This document shows, piece after piece, positions 17,976-27,601 of a stretch of DNA of 64,000 bases. Every line of letters begins with the position of its first letter. Position 1 is the first letter of the stretch. The stretch covers positions 129,795 through 193,794 of the forward strand of contig CAVUZH010000015.1 in NCBI GenBank assembly GCA_963745835.1. Reading direction: 5' to 3'. Both the position numbers and the translations under genes were made by a program. This stretch comes from an uncultured delta proteobacterium (GTDB taxonomy: Bacteria; Desulfobacterota; Binatia; UBA9968). The notes beneath the pieces are model-generated. The model had not been told where the DNA came from. It saw nothing but the letters and a program-made list of their open reading frames with translations, and did not search any database.

Positions 17976-18326
17976 TGGTGGAGGCGGGGGGAATCGAACC
18001 CCCGTCCGAAGGTCTTCCATCTCCGCGACTACATGCTTAGCCGATGTTTTAGTGTCACCCTTGGAACCCCCAACGGCAGGGTTTCGAAGGGCCATCCGGT
18101 TTAGATCTCAGCCTCATCCCCTCCGGCAGAGAAATCGGCCCATCCCACTGAATGACATCCTATCCGATCCCGTGGGAGAAGATCGGTAGGACGCTAACTG
18201 CGGTTAGGCAGCTAGTTGGTATTCGAAATTATCTGCGTTTAAATTGCAGTCTGTTTGTTTAACGGGACAACAGTACCCCGGCATGCCACTTTGACTTCCC
18301 ACCCCCGTCGAACCCATATCGCCCCC
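17976..18326 (-). ncRNA. ssrA: tmRNA (transfer-messenger RNA)
   Basis: 5' GGGGGCGAUAUGGGUUCGACGGGG and 3' GGUUCGAUUCCCCCCGCCUCCACCA form an acceptor stem with the G3:U pair. Internal tag ORF GCA GAU AAU UUC GAA UAC CAA CUA GCU GCC UAA encodes ADNFEYQLAA. Adjacent to smpB. Confidence 0.93.
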
Positions 18327-18388
18327 GCATACTTATGTTAGCGCTTTCGGCAGGTGGTTGCGAGACCCAGTCAAGGCAGGTCAGCTCT

Positions 18389-18868
18389 CTATCTGGACTT
18401 ACTTTTTTGCCTTAAAGAACGCTCAACTTCACGTTCAACAACTTTGCGGCGCAATGTTTCGCGCTTATCGTAGAGCTTTTTGCCCCGCGCCAGTCCTAAT
18501 TCGACTTTCGCCTTGCCGTTCTTAAAATATAATCTCAACGGCACCAGCGTTAAGCCTCGTTCCTTGGTTTTACCGCTGAGTCTTTCTATTTCGCGCGCGT
18601 GTAGAAGCAGCTTGCGGGTCCTCGTCGGCTCGTGATTAAACTGGTTAGCTCCCGGGTAATGGCTGACATGAGCATTGACCAAGAAGGCTTCGCCCTTCTG
18701 AATTCGCGCGTAACTGTCCGTCAGGTTCGCCTTGCCGTCGCGCAGGGACTTCACCTCGCTGCCCAGCAACATCAGACCGGCCTCATAGGTCTCCTCTATA
18801 AAATAGTTGTGCCGGGCCTGCCGGTTGATACAGACGTTCTGTACGCCCGTCGCCTTTTCTTTAGCCAC
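18389..18868 (-). CDS. smpB: SsrA-binding protein
   Basis: 159 aa. N.QARHNYFIEETYEAG..L.GSEVKSLR and the basic C-terminal tail are canonical SmpB. Confidence 0.95.
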   Translation of the reverse strand: MAKEKATGVQNVCINRQARHNYFIEETYEAGLMLLGSEVKSLRDGKANLTDSYARIQKGEAFLVNAHVSHYPGANQFNHEPTRTRKLLLHAREIERLSGKTKERGLTLVPLRLYFKNGKAKVELGLARGKKLYDKRETLRRKVVEREVERSLRQKSKSR

Positions 18869-19514
18869 GGCGCCTGCTCTTGTCGTCTGGAGTGATCAAG
18901 CCACCAGAAGTTATGAGCTTAAGGGCTTCTTCCATCGTCATGTCGAGCGGGGAAATCTCCGCTGTTGGCACAAGAAGGTAAAATCCCGAGGTTGGGTTAG
19001 GGGTTGTCGGAACGAAGACGTTGACAAGCTGAGCATCTTGCTTATTTTCAAGTTCGCGCCATGCTCGGCCCATAGCAAACCCGACAGTGTAAATCCCCTT
19101 GCGTGGATACTCGATCATGACTACCTGGCGGGAGTTCTCTGATTGCCCCAAAAAAGTTTGGACAAGTTTCTGGACCGCGGTATAGATACCACGGAAAATC
19201 GGGATCTTTACGAAGATATTCTCCCAGGCCGCGAGAAACCGCCGAGTTGCTACGCCTCGTGTAAGAATCCCAAGAAATAAAATCAACACCACCGTTACCA
19301 GCGCGCCCAATCCGGGGATTGCAAAAGGCAAATAGGTTTGGGGATGGACACTGGCCGGTAAGACATCAAGCAGTCCGTCTAACAGCCCGATAACCCATCC
19401 GAGAAACCATAGCGTGATCACTACCGGCAAAAACACCAGCAGCCCGGCGAGAAAATAACGTTGAAAGTTCTCTCGCAACCGTACTCTAGTCTTTCCTGGC
19501 ACCTCTTTCCCCAC
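18861..19514 (-). CDS. DUF502 domain-containing membrane protein
   Basis: 217 aa with two N-terminal TM helices, IPIFRGIYTAVQ and the PTTPNPTSGFYL..P block typical of DUF502. Confidence 0.82.
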   Translation of the reverse strand: MGKEVPGKTRVRLRENFQRYFLAGLLVFLPVVITLWFLGWVIGLLDGLLDVLPASVHPQTYLPFAIPGLGALVTVVLILFLGILTRGVATRRFLAAWENIFVKIPIFRGIYTAVQKLVQTFLGQSENSRQVVMIEYPRKGIYTVGFAMGRAWRELENKQDAQLVNVFVPTTPNPTSGFYLLVPTAEISPLDMTMEEALKLITSGGLITPDDKSRRRG

Positions 19515-20378
19515 CTATTCTCCCGAAGATCGCAGCAGAACTTTATTGTCGATAAGGCGTGCTTGACCGATGGTAACGGACAACGCTAGAAGCGCCGACT
19601 GTCGAATTTGCTCGAGCGGTTCTAAGGTTTCGACATCGCTAATGGTAACATACTCGACCACCGCCAACGGTTCATTGTGCAGTTCCGCGATGACTGTTTC
19701 GGCGATGGCTTTCGCCGAAGTCTCGCCCTGACGGACCAAGCATTCGGCGCGGTGCAGCGAACGCGACAAACAGCGCGCCGCCTTTCTTTCGTCGGCATTA
19801 AGGTATGCGTTGCGCGAGCTCATGGCAACGCCGTCGCTTTCACGCACAATCGGATGGCCGACAATTTCAACGTCCAAAAACAGATCGCGCACCAACCGTC
19901 TAATGATCTGCAGTTGCTGATAATCCTTCTCCCCAAAAATAGCCACGTCCGGACGAACGATATTGAAAAGCTTGGTCACAACCGTAGCGACCCCCTGGAA
20001 GTGACCCGGCCGTCGCGCTCCGCATAAGATCTTGCTAAGCTCTTTGACTTCTACATGCGTTTGATCGCCCGGAGGGTAGATGTCTTCAGCCGCCGGGTGG
20101 AAGAGTACGTCTACGTCTACTCCTTCTGTCTCGAGCAAACCGCGATCACGGACGAAGTTTCGGGGATAAGCGGCGAAATCTTCAGCCGGAGCAAACTGCG
20201 TTGGATTAACAAAGATCGAAACCACGACCCGATTTCCTCTTTTCTTGGCCTCACGCACCAGGCTTAAGTGTCCTTGATGGAGAGCGCCCATTGTCGCCAC
20301 GAAAGCAATGCGCTGACCTTGCTGCCGCTCAGCTTGGCTCCAATCGGCCATCTCTGTAGTCTTTCGAATTATACGCAT
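19515..20378 (-). CDS. panC: pantoate--beta-alanine ligase
   Basis: FV.TMGALHQGHLSLV (HIGH-like), GEKDYQQL, MSSRN. The start was trimmed to the ATG at 20378. Confidence 0.92.
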   Translation of the reverse strand: MRIIRKTTEMADWSQAERQQGQRIAFVATMGALHQGHLSLVREAKKRGNRVVVSIFVNPTQFAPAEDFAAYPRNFVRDRGLLETEGVDVDVLFHPAAEDIYPPGDQTHVEVKELSKILCGARRPGHFQGVATVVTKLFNIVRPDVAIFGEKDYQQLQIIRRLVRDLFLDVEIVGHPIVRESDGVAMSSRNAYLNADERKAARCLSRSLHRAECLVRQGETSAKAIAETVIAELHNEPLAVVEYVTISDVETLEPLEQIRQSALLALSVTIGQARLIDNKVLLRSSGE

Positions 20379-20426
20379 TCGATAACATGCCGCCGCGAAA
20401 TCCCTCATGCACGGCTTAGTCAGTCT

Positions 20427-21230
20427 TCACTTAAACGAATGTTCCTCACCAGGGAATTTACGCTCCCGAACTTCATCGACGAAATCCTTTACCGCGGCAG
20501 CCACCGACCCTTTGATGTCGGCATAGCGTTTGACGAACTTAGGGGTGAAATCGTCGAACAGACCAAGCATGTCATGCAGTACTAGAACCTGTCCGTCGCA
20601 GTGAATACCGGCGCCGATTCCAATCGTTGGAATGCTTATGCGTTCCGTAATTTCCTTAGCTAGAGCCGTTGGAACCCCTTCAACTACAATGGCAAAGGCA
20701 CCCGCCTCTTGGACAGCCAAAGCATCCCGCATAATAATCTCGTGTTGTCCTTTTTCACGACCCTGGATCTTGTAGCCGCCGAACTGATGCACCGACTGGG
20801 GTGTCAACCCGACGTGTCCCATTACTGGAATTCCGGCGTTGACGATGGCTGCGATGGTGTCGCTCATGGGTACGCCGCCTTCAAGCTTGATCGCTTCCGC
20901 GCCAGCTTCTTGAAGGAATCGTCCGGCATTGCGCAGCGCTTGTTCCCTGCCAACTTGAAAGGATAAAAACGGCATATCGCCGACGACAAGAGCACGCTTG
21001 CAACCCCGCGCCACGATACGCGTATGATAAATCATCTCATCCATCGTCACGGCTAAAGTATTGGGTTGCCCTTGAACAACACTGCCGACAGAGTCCCCTA
21101 CCAATATAACGTCCACGCCAGCATCATCGAGGATTCGCGCAAGCGAGTAGTCGTAAGCCGTAAGGCAAGTAATTTTTTTTCCTTCTCGCTTCATTTTGAC
21201 AATGCCCGGCACAGTGACCTTTTCCGCCAT
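20427..21230 (-). CDS. panB: 3-methyl-2-oxobutanoate hydroxymethyltransferase
   Basis: ITCLTAYDY..A……DVILVGDS…V.GQ.NT..VT.DEMIYHT, GHVGLTPQS, IGIGAG..CDGQVLV. The start was trimmed to the ATG at 21230 with a GGGAGGG RBS. Confidence 0.93.
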   Translation of the reverse strand: MAEKVTVPGIVKMKREGKKITCLTAYDYSLARILDDAGVDVILVGDSVGSVVQGQPNTLAVTMDEMIYHTRIVARGCKRALVVGDMPFLSFQVGREQALRNAGRFLQEAGAEAIKLEGGVPMSDTIAAIVNAGIPVMGHVGLTPQSVHQFGGYKIQGREKGQHEIIMRDALAVQEAGAFAIVVEGVPTALAKEITERISIPTIGIGAGIHCDGQVLVLHDMLGLFDDFTPKFVKRYADIKGSVAAAVKDFVDEVRERKFPGEEHSFK

Positions 21231-21351
21231 GCGGCTACCCTCCCGCAAAAAAAAAGCCCCCCAGATAAGCCGGAAGGCCAATAGGACCGAAGAACCTGTT
21301 AAAAGGCTCTCCGCAAATCGCTACTCGATGTTGGCATCCGTCTCAGTCCAA

Positions 21352-21993
21352 TTATCTGGATCCAAGCGGTATAAAGTGCTGCGTACCCGAACCCATATTG
21401 TTGATTTCCTTGATCAAGTCAGCCAAATCCTTGCTGCTCTCAACGAAATCAATCTTTGACGTGTTCACCACCAGCAGTGGCGTTTCGTCATAATGGAAAA
21501 AGAACTGGTTATAAGCCTGAGCTACCTCGTTCAGGTATTCGAAAGTTACGCCGCGCTCGTATTTTTTATCCCTTTTTTTTACTCTCTTGTAAAGTACTTC
21601 GGGACGGGCCTGCAGGTAGACCACCAGATCGGGTTTGGGCACCCGGGCATTCAAAAGAGAGTAGATTTGCTGGTACAGGTTCAATTCTTCGACGCTCAAC
21701 GTCAGAGTCGCGAAAATTCTATCTTTTGCAAACAAATAGTCGGCGATAATATTCTGGTTAAAGAGATCCTGCTCGCTTAACTCCATCTGTTGCTGATAAC
21801 GATTGAGCAAGAAAAATGTCTGGTTTTGAAACGCATAGGTTTGCCGCGCCTTATAAAATTTCGGCAAAAACGGATTGTCTTCAATGCGCTCGAACAGGGA
21901 TCGAGCCTGAAACTCATTGGCGAGAATCTTGGCCAAGCTGCTCTTGCCCACGCCGATCGGTCCCTCGACCACGATGTACTTGGTATTGCTCAT
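21352..21993 (-). CDS. deoxynucleoside kinase family protein
   Basis: P-loop YIVVEGPIGVGKSSLAKIL, then the ERIEDNPFL..FY and DRIF blocks of dNK-family kinases. Confidence 0.85.
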   Translation of the reverse strand: MSNTKYIVVEGPIGVGKSSLAKILANEFQARSLFERIEDNPFLPKFYKARQTYAFQNQTFFLLNRYQQQMELSEQDLFNQNIIADYLFAKDRIFATLTLSVEELNLYQQIYSLLNARVPKPDLVVYLQARPEVLYKRVKKRDKKYERGVTFEYLNEVAQAYNQFFFHYDETPLLVVNTSKIDFVESSKDLADLIKEINNMGSGTQHFIPLGSR

Positions 21994-22038
21994 GGAAGTC
22001 TGCGAATATAACACAATCCATCAAAAATCGTCCACCGT

Positions 22039-23130
22039 ATGATAGAGTTGATGATCGTGAAAAAACTAGAGAGCAACGTCGGTCAGATGCTGATGGTGGG
22101 TATTGGCGGTTATGAGTTGACAACGGCCGAATTGAACATCTGCCGGTCCCTAAATTTTGGCGGATTTATTCTCTTTAGCCGCAATTGCTGCGAAGCAGCG
22201 CAAATTCATTCTTTGTGTCGCGCGCTTGCCACAGCTACCTGCAATCTTCCGTTTATCGCCATCGATGAAGAAGGCGGCAGAGTTCATCGTCTGCCTCCGC
22301 CCTTCACCCATTTTCCACCCGCCGCGCTGGTCGGCAAAACAGACAGCCCCGATCTCGCCTTAAGAGTTGGTCGCGCTGTCGCCGCGGAGCTTACTCTGCT
22401 CGGCATCAACCTGAATTTTGCTCCAGTGTTGGATGTTAATTCCAATGCCGAAAACCCAATCATTGGCGACCGCTCTTTCGGGGCAACACCGGATCAGGTA
22501 ACGGTCATGGCGCTGGCCTGGAGCGAAGGCTTACGCAGCGGAGGCATAATCCCGTGCGGCAAGCATTTCCCTGGGCACGGCAATACCGATACAGACTCGC
22601 ACCTAAGCCTTCCTCTGGTAGCGAAATCACTGAGCGAACTGCACTCAGTCGAATTAATGCCTTTCCTCCATGCCTGCAGAAATCGAATCGAAGCCTTGAT
22701 GACCGCTCATGTGGTTTTTCCGGCGTTTGACAAGGAATTCCCCGCAACCCTCTCAAGCCGAATTGTCACCGGAGTCTTACGCCAAGAGCTCGGCTATGAA
22801 GGACTGGTGTTTAGCGATGATATGGAGATGAAAGCGATTACCGGAAACTTCGATGCTGAGGAAGCGGCTGTTTCATCCGTGCGCGCCGGAATCAATGTGC
22901 TTCTTTACTGTCATGATCTTACAAAAGCCGCTGGCATCGTTGAGCTGCTTTGCCGTGAAGCGCGGCGGGATACCCAGCTACGCGCCAGAATCAACGAAAG
23001 TTCCGCGCGCATCAGCAAACTTAAAATACGTTGTTTGCGGGAGCAGCCGGGCACGCCGGCTAACCAACTCGTCGAGCAACTGCTCGCACTCAATCACGGC
23101 AAGCTGATCGATGAAGTTTATGGGAGTTGA
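22039..23130 (+). CDS. nagZ: beta-N-acetylhexosaminidase (GH3)
   Basis: GQMLMVGI.G, IDEEGGRV.RL, NLNFAPVLDV, KHFPGHG.TD.DSH, GLVFSDDMEMKA: GH3 NagZ blocks. Confidence 0.88.
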   Translation: MIELMIVKKLESNVGQMLMVGIGGYELTTAELNICRSLNFGGFILFSRNCCEAAQIHSLCRALATATCNLPFIAIDEEGGRVHRLPPPFTHFPPAALVGKTDSPDLALRVGRAVAAELTLLGINLNFAPVLDVNSNAENPIIGDRSFGATPDQVTVMALAWSEGLRSGGIIPCGKHFPGHGNTDTDSHLSLPLVAKSLSELHSVELMPFLHACRNRIEALMTAHVVFPAFDKEFPATLSSRIVTGVLRQELGYEGLVFSDDMEMKAITGNFDAEEAAVSSVRAGINVLLYCHDLTKAAGIVELLCREARRDTQLRARINESSARISKLKIRCLREQPGTPANQLVEQLLALNHGKLIDEVYGS

Positions 23131-24461
23131 TAAGCGCTGTAAGCGATCAACTTCCGGATGTCTTGATCCAACTCGCCCTGCCATTTTTCAATAAGCAAAT
23201 CGGCGGGACATTTCCCCAGCGCTAGGAGTTTGTCGAGCGGTTCAAGGTAGATAGTCTCATCCTCGCCGAGCGCATTGAACATCTTCTGGCGTTTCAGACC
23301 TTCCAAGGCGATCTGCAACAATTCTTTCGACAAATCCAGGAGTGAATAGCGCCTGATGCGCGCGGCTAAAGCATCGCGATGTGAATCGAGATAGACCTGC
23401 ATTCGTTCATCCCAGGTCCAGTCCTTGACCAGGTCCCAAGCGGCATCTAAACAGTCGGACTCGTAGAACGCGCCTTTGACGATCGCCGAAAGGGCAGGCA
23501 TCAGTTCCGGCGGCTGGCTGTCCGCGGAGCGCACCTCAATATATCGTTTGATCCGGGTTTCAGGGAACAACGTGGTCAGATGATCATGCCAGTCTTCCAG
23601 GGTCGCGCGCTCACCATTCCAGCCGTACGCTAGGAATTGACGAAACGTTGTTGCGGTCATATCGATGTAGTTCTTGTTGCGGATGATAAAATACATCGGC
23701 ACGTCGAGCGCGTATTCGACATAGTGCGCGAACGAAACGTCCGGCGAGAATGCGAACTTTAGCATCCCGGATCGGCTTTTATCAGTATCGGTCCAGATAT
23801 GCTCACGATAACTGCGGTAGCCATTCAGCTGGCCATCGCAGATGGGCGAGTTGGCGAACATGGAAATAAAGATGGGTGTCAATCCCATGCCCGTGCGAAA
23901 CTTTGCCATGGCATCTTTTTCGTCACGGTAATCGATATTGGCTTGGACAGTCGCCGTCTGCTTCATCATGCGCTGGCCTAGCCTGCCGACTTTGGGCATA
24001 TAGGGCCCCATGATTCGGTAGCGTTTTTTTGGCACCCATTCGATTTCATCCAATCGGCTCACCGGTTGCATGCCCAATCCGAGGAAAACAACGTCGAGAG
24101 GCTCCGCAACCTCCAACAACTCGCGGATGTGCTGAGTGAATTCGGCATAGGTGCAGTGAATGCTGTCGCACGGTTCACCGCTAAGCTCGATCTGTCCGCC
24201 GGGCTCTAATGTGATCTGCGCGTTGTCACGGCTCAACGCGATAATATGCCCATCCTGTTCTTCCGGCTCCCAGCCAAAGCGGTCGATCAGTCTCTTGAGA
24301 ATCGATTCGACGCCGCGCGGTCCAGAATAAGGAATGGCTTTGCCGCTGCTGCGATCGATGCCAACTTTTTCGTACTCAGTGCCGACCCGCCAGCGGTCGC
24401 GGGGTTTGCCCGCCGCATGAAAGTATTCTTCCAGCTGGTCCTTTTTCTCAATGTCTGACAT
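23118..24461 (-). CDS. gshA: glutamate--cysteine ligase (GCS2 / plant-proteobacterial type)
   Basis: 447 aa. R.G.E.EK.G…ITLEPGGQIELSG…TATVQANIDY…EVRSADS fits the type-2 gamma-glutamylcysteine synthetase family. Confidence 0.85.
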   Translation of the reverse strand: MSDIEKKDQLEEYFHAAGKPRDRWRVGTEYEKVGIDRSSGKAIPYSGPRGVESILKRLIDRFGWEPEEQDGHIIALSRDNAQITLEPGGQIELSGEPCDSIHCTYAEFTQHIRELLEVAEPLDVVFLGLGMQPVSRLDEIEWVPKKRYRIMGPYMPKVGRLGQRMMKQTATVQANIDYRDEKDAMAKFRTGMGLTPIFISMFANSPICDGQLNGYRSYREHIWTDTDKSRSGMLKFAFSPDVSFAHYVEYALDVPMYFIIRNKNYIDMTATTFRQFLAYGWNGERATLEDWHDHLTTLFPETRIKRYIEVRSADSQPPELMPALSAIVKGAFYESDCLDAAWDLVKDWTWDERMQVYLDSHRDALAARIRRYSLLDLSKELLQIALEGLKRQKMFNALGEDETIYLEPLDKLLALGKCPADLLIEKWQGELDQDIRKLIAYSAYQLP

Positions 24462-25479
24462 GGTTTTCGATATTCTGTCGATACGGCGGATAAATGATTC
24501 CCTTCTCCGTGATGATCGCCGAGATCAACTCTTGTGAAGTCACATCAAACGCGGGATTTAGGATATTCATGCCTTCAGGCGCGAGCGGTCTGCCGAACAT
24601 GTGCGACACTTCCTTGGGGTCGCGCTGCTCGATCGGAATATCCTTCCCCGTCGGGCAATTCAAATCGATCGAAGAAGTCGGTCCGGCGACATAGAACGGG
24701 ATACCGTGTCGCCGCGCCAGAACTGCAATGGTATACGTGCCGATCTTATTGGCTACATCGCCGTTGGCCGCAATCCGATCACAACCGACAACTACCGCAT
24801 CGACCCGACCCGTCTGCATCAGATATCCAGACATGTTGTCGGTAATCAAGGTTGCGGCGATCTTTTCCTTCTTGAGCTCCCATGCCGTAAGTCTGGCGCC
24901 CTGTAAAAACGGGCGGGTTTCATTGACCAGAACTTCGAATTTTTGGCCCGATTCTTTGAGCGCGCGGATCACACCCAGTGCCGTGCCGTAGCCGGCGGTC
25001 GCCAAAGCTCCGGCGTTACAGTGGGTCATAACATGTTTTGCGTCGGTCAACAGTTTGGCGCCAAATCCGCCTATTTTCTTGTTAGCGGCGATGTCTTCTT
25101 TATAGATCTTTTGTGCTTCGATCTTAAGCGAGCGTTTGACAGCTTCCAATCCGCCGTCGCGGTTCTCTAGATAGACCTTCTTCATGCGTTCAAGCGCCCA
25201 AAACAAATTGACTGCCGTCGGACGAGTTTTCGCCAGGGTTGATACGATCTCATCGAAGTCTTCATCAAAATTTTTTGCTTTGCTCTTTAAGGCTCCCAGC
25301 GCAACTCCCATTGCCGCAGCAACCCCGATAGCAGGCGCGCCGCGGATAACCATTTGGCTGATCGCGGCGGCTACTTCTTTGTAGTCGCGGCAAACTCGAT
25401 TGATCTCCTTGTGCGGCAGCAGCCGCTGATCGAGCATGACCACCTGATCATTTTTCCACTCAATTGTTTTTACACGCAT
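24448..25479 (-). CDS. mtnA: S-methyl-5-thioribose-1-phosphate isomerase
   Basis: 343 aa. LDQRLLP, I..M.IRGAPAIGVAAA, THCNAG.LAT.GYGTALGVIR, ETRP.LQGARLTAWEL, GCDRIAANGD.ANKIGTY. Confidence 0.9.
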   Translation of the reverse strand: MRVKTIEWKNDQVVMLDQRLLPHKEINRVCRDYKEVAAAISQMVIRGAPAIGVAAAMGVALGALKSKAKNFDEDFDEIVSTLAKTRPTAVNLFWALERMKKVYLENRDGGLEAVKRSLKIEAQKIYKEDIAANKKIGGFGAKLLTDAKHVMTHCNAGALATAGYGTALGVIRALKESGQKFEVLVNETRPFLQGARLTAWELKKEKIAATLITDNMSGYLMQTGRVDAVVVGCDRIAANGDVANKIGTYTIAVLARRHGIPFYVAGPTSSIDLNCPTGKDIPIEQRDPKEVSHMFGRPLAPEGMNILNPAFDVTSQELISAIITEKGIIYPPYRQNIENHVRH

Positions 25480-25545
25480 GATAACATTTCATTTTTGCGA
25501 AGACCGAGTATATTAGGCGCAAGAAGTAAGCGTCAAGGGTCACTG

Positions 25546-25788
25546 GTGGATTTCTATCATCTCCTCGGCTATCTCTCCGGCCTTCTTTTTATCAAGCCCA
25601 ATATGGAAGCCACCTCGCTTTACCGAACGATAGCGCTGGTTCACAGTCTCGACGCAATTCTATGTTCGGTCATTGCGGCTCATAGCGGCAGGCGAACGGT
25701 GCCATGGAGCATCGGCGGACTGATCTTTGGGATATGGGCCTTGGGTCTGCTGTTTCTGTTGCCAGTCAAGAAGCCTTCCGGCGCATAA
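25546..25788 (+). CDS. hypothetical small membrane protein
   Basis: Two hydrophobic segments (LGYLSGLLFI; GGLIFGIWALGLLFLLPV). The start is uncertain: GTG at 25546 or ATG at 25603. No family recognised. Confidence 0.3.
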   Translation: MDFYHLLGYLSGLLFIKPNMEATSLYRTIALVHSLDAILCSVIAAHSGRRTVPWSIGGLIFGIWALGLLFLLPVKKPSGA

Positions 25789-25832
25789 AGTCCCTGATGG
25801 TTGCGCTTTGCCGGTTCTTTGGTGGCTGTCGA

Positions 25833-26228
25833 TTAGCTTCGCTCATCCTGAGCGATGACATACGCCATGCCGTGTTGATCGGTATGGGTAATCGACAATG
25901 CCCAGCGTTGGATGCCGAGCTTTTCCGCTAACCGCGCAGTTTTACTATGCAGGACGATATCAGGTTTGCCGCTGGCAGCGCGAGCAACTTCAATATCGAG
26001 CCAACGCACCTGCGCTCCCCAGCCCCGACCCAGCGCCTTCATAACGGCTTCTTTGGCGGCGAAACGGCCGGCGTAACTTTGGAAGCGGCCTCGTTGACGT
26101 TTCTCACAGTAAGCAATTTCCCGAGGCGTATAGACCCGTTCGCGAAATCGAACACCGATCCGAGGGTGTTCCAAGGCTGCGCGAATCCGTTCTACTTCAA
26201 CCAAGTCAATGCCAACGCTGATAATCAT
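25833..26228 (-). CDS. acpS: holo-[acyl-carrier-protein] synthase
   Basis: MIISVGIDLVEV.RI…FAAKEA..KALG…ISITH: canonical AcpS. The track ORF's N-terminal extension to 26348 was discarded. Confidence 0.9.
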   Translation of the reverse strand: MIISVGIDLVEVERIRAALEHPRIGVRFRERVYTPREIAYCEKRQRGRFQSYAGRFAAKEAVMKALGRGWGAQVRWLDIEVARAASGKPDIVLHSKTARLAEKLGIQRWALSITHTDQHGMAYVIAQDERS

Positions 26229-26354
26229 GAATCTCGAACCTAACCCCGCTCCGCTTCCAGTGTCAATCACCAAGAGTCCGGCACGAACCCAGATTCGCAT
26301 TGACTGGCACGCGTTGATCGCGTAAATTTCGCCCAAAAGGAGGGACACACGACT

Positions 26355-27533
26355 GTGATTTCCCGTTGGACTTTACTGCTGTTGTTATTGCTGCTCTTGG
26401 GCATTCCGGTTTCCGCTACAGCCCAGAAGGGCACGATCAAAATTGCCGTTCAAGCGCCGCTCTCAGGTGAACAAGCCGCTTTGGGCGAGCACATCAAGCT
26501 CGGTGCCCAGCTGGCGGTTGAAGAAGGGGCAAAATCATTCAAGTCGTTGGGGTACGACCTTGTGTTTGTTCCCTACGATGACCAAGCCAAACCAGAAGTC
26601 GGCGTCGCCAACGCAAGAAACCTGGTCGCCGACCCCGATGTCCTTGTTCTGGTAGGCCACTTCAATTCTGGGGTCGCGCTGCCTGCCTCCGAAGTCTATA
26701 AAGACGCGATGCTGGCGATGGTCTCGCCGGCCAACACGGCAACTGAGATTACCGATCGTGGCTATGCCAACGTTAATCGCGTTTGCGGCCGCGATGATGT
26801 CCAGGGACCTGTCGGGGCCCGCTTTGCCGCCCAGGACCTAAAACTCAAATCGGTCTATATCATCCATGACAAAACGCTTTATGGGCAGGGCGTGGCGGAC
26901 AACTTCCGCAACGAAGCAAAGAAACTAGGGCTCAATGTTTTGGGTTATGACGGCACTGAAGAGCGGGCGAACTTTGCCCCGATGATTATTCCATTGAAAG
27001 CGAAAAATCCGGACTTGGTCTACTTCGGTGGCATCTATCATCAGGGTGGGTTGCTGCTAAAACAGATGCGTGAAAAGGGAGTGAAGGCGGCGTTCATGGG
27101 ACCTGATGGTTTGGATTCCTCGGAGATGGTTAAGATCGCCGGCCAGCATGTAACCGGATCCTACTATACAACCGTCGCCGGGCCGCCGGACGCTTATCCT
27201 GAGACTGCCGCTTTCACCAAGAAGTTCAAGCAGCGCTTCGGCAAAGAAGTCGAATCCTTCGCGATGTACGGATATGATGCGGCGCAAGTCGGAATCAAGG
27301 CGGTAGAACAAACGCTTAAAGCGAACGGCGGGAAAAAACCCAGCCGTGGGGAAGTTTCTGCGGCGGTGCGAAAGCTCAAAAATTTCAGAGGCGTAACCGG
27401 TGAGATTAGTTTCGACAACAAAGGCGATCCCGTGAAGGCCAAGTACTTTGTCCTTCAATTCGAGAAGAGAAACTATCCCGGGAAAGTAGTCAAAGTCATC
27501 GAGCAGCAGGCCCCCCAAGCTAAGAAGTCATAG
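26355..27533 (+). CDS. ABC transporter substrate-binding protein, Leu/Ile/Val (type-1 PBP) family
   Basis: Signal peptide LLLLLLLLGIPVSATA, then IKIAVQAPLSG..A.LG…G..LAV and the overall LivJ/K-like layout. No permease or ATPase genes are adjacent. Confidence 0.85.
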   Translation: MISRWTLLLLLLLLLGIPVSATAQKGTIKIAVQAPLSGEQAALGEHIKLGAQLAVEEGAKSFKSLGYDLVFVPYDDQAKPEVGVANARNLVADPDVLVLVGHFNSGVALPASEVYKDAMLAMVSPANTATEITDRGYANVNRVCGRDDVQGPVGARFAAQDLKLKSVYIIHDKTLYGQGVADNFRNEAKKLGLNVLGYDGTEERANFAPMIIPLKAKNPDLVYFGGIYHQGGLLLKQMREKGVKAAFMGPDGLDSSEMVKIAGQHVTGSYYTTVAGPPDAYPETAAFTKKFKQRFGKEVESFAMYGYDAAQVGIKAVEQTLKANGGKKPSRGEVSAAVRKLKNFRGVTGEISFDNKGDPVKAKYFVLQFEKRNYPGKVVKVIEQQAPQAKKS

Positions 27534-27601
27534 TCGTCCAGCTTTCCATCACGTCGATGCGGGTCACGTATTGAGGCTCGCTTTCTGTACCTAATTCTTT
27601 C

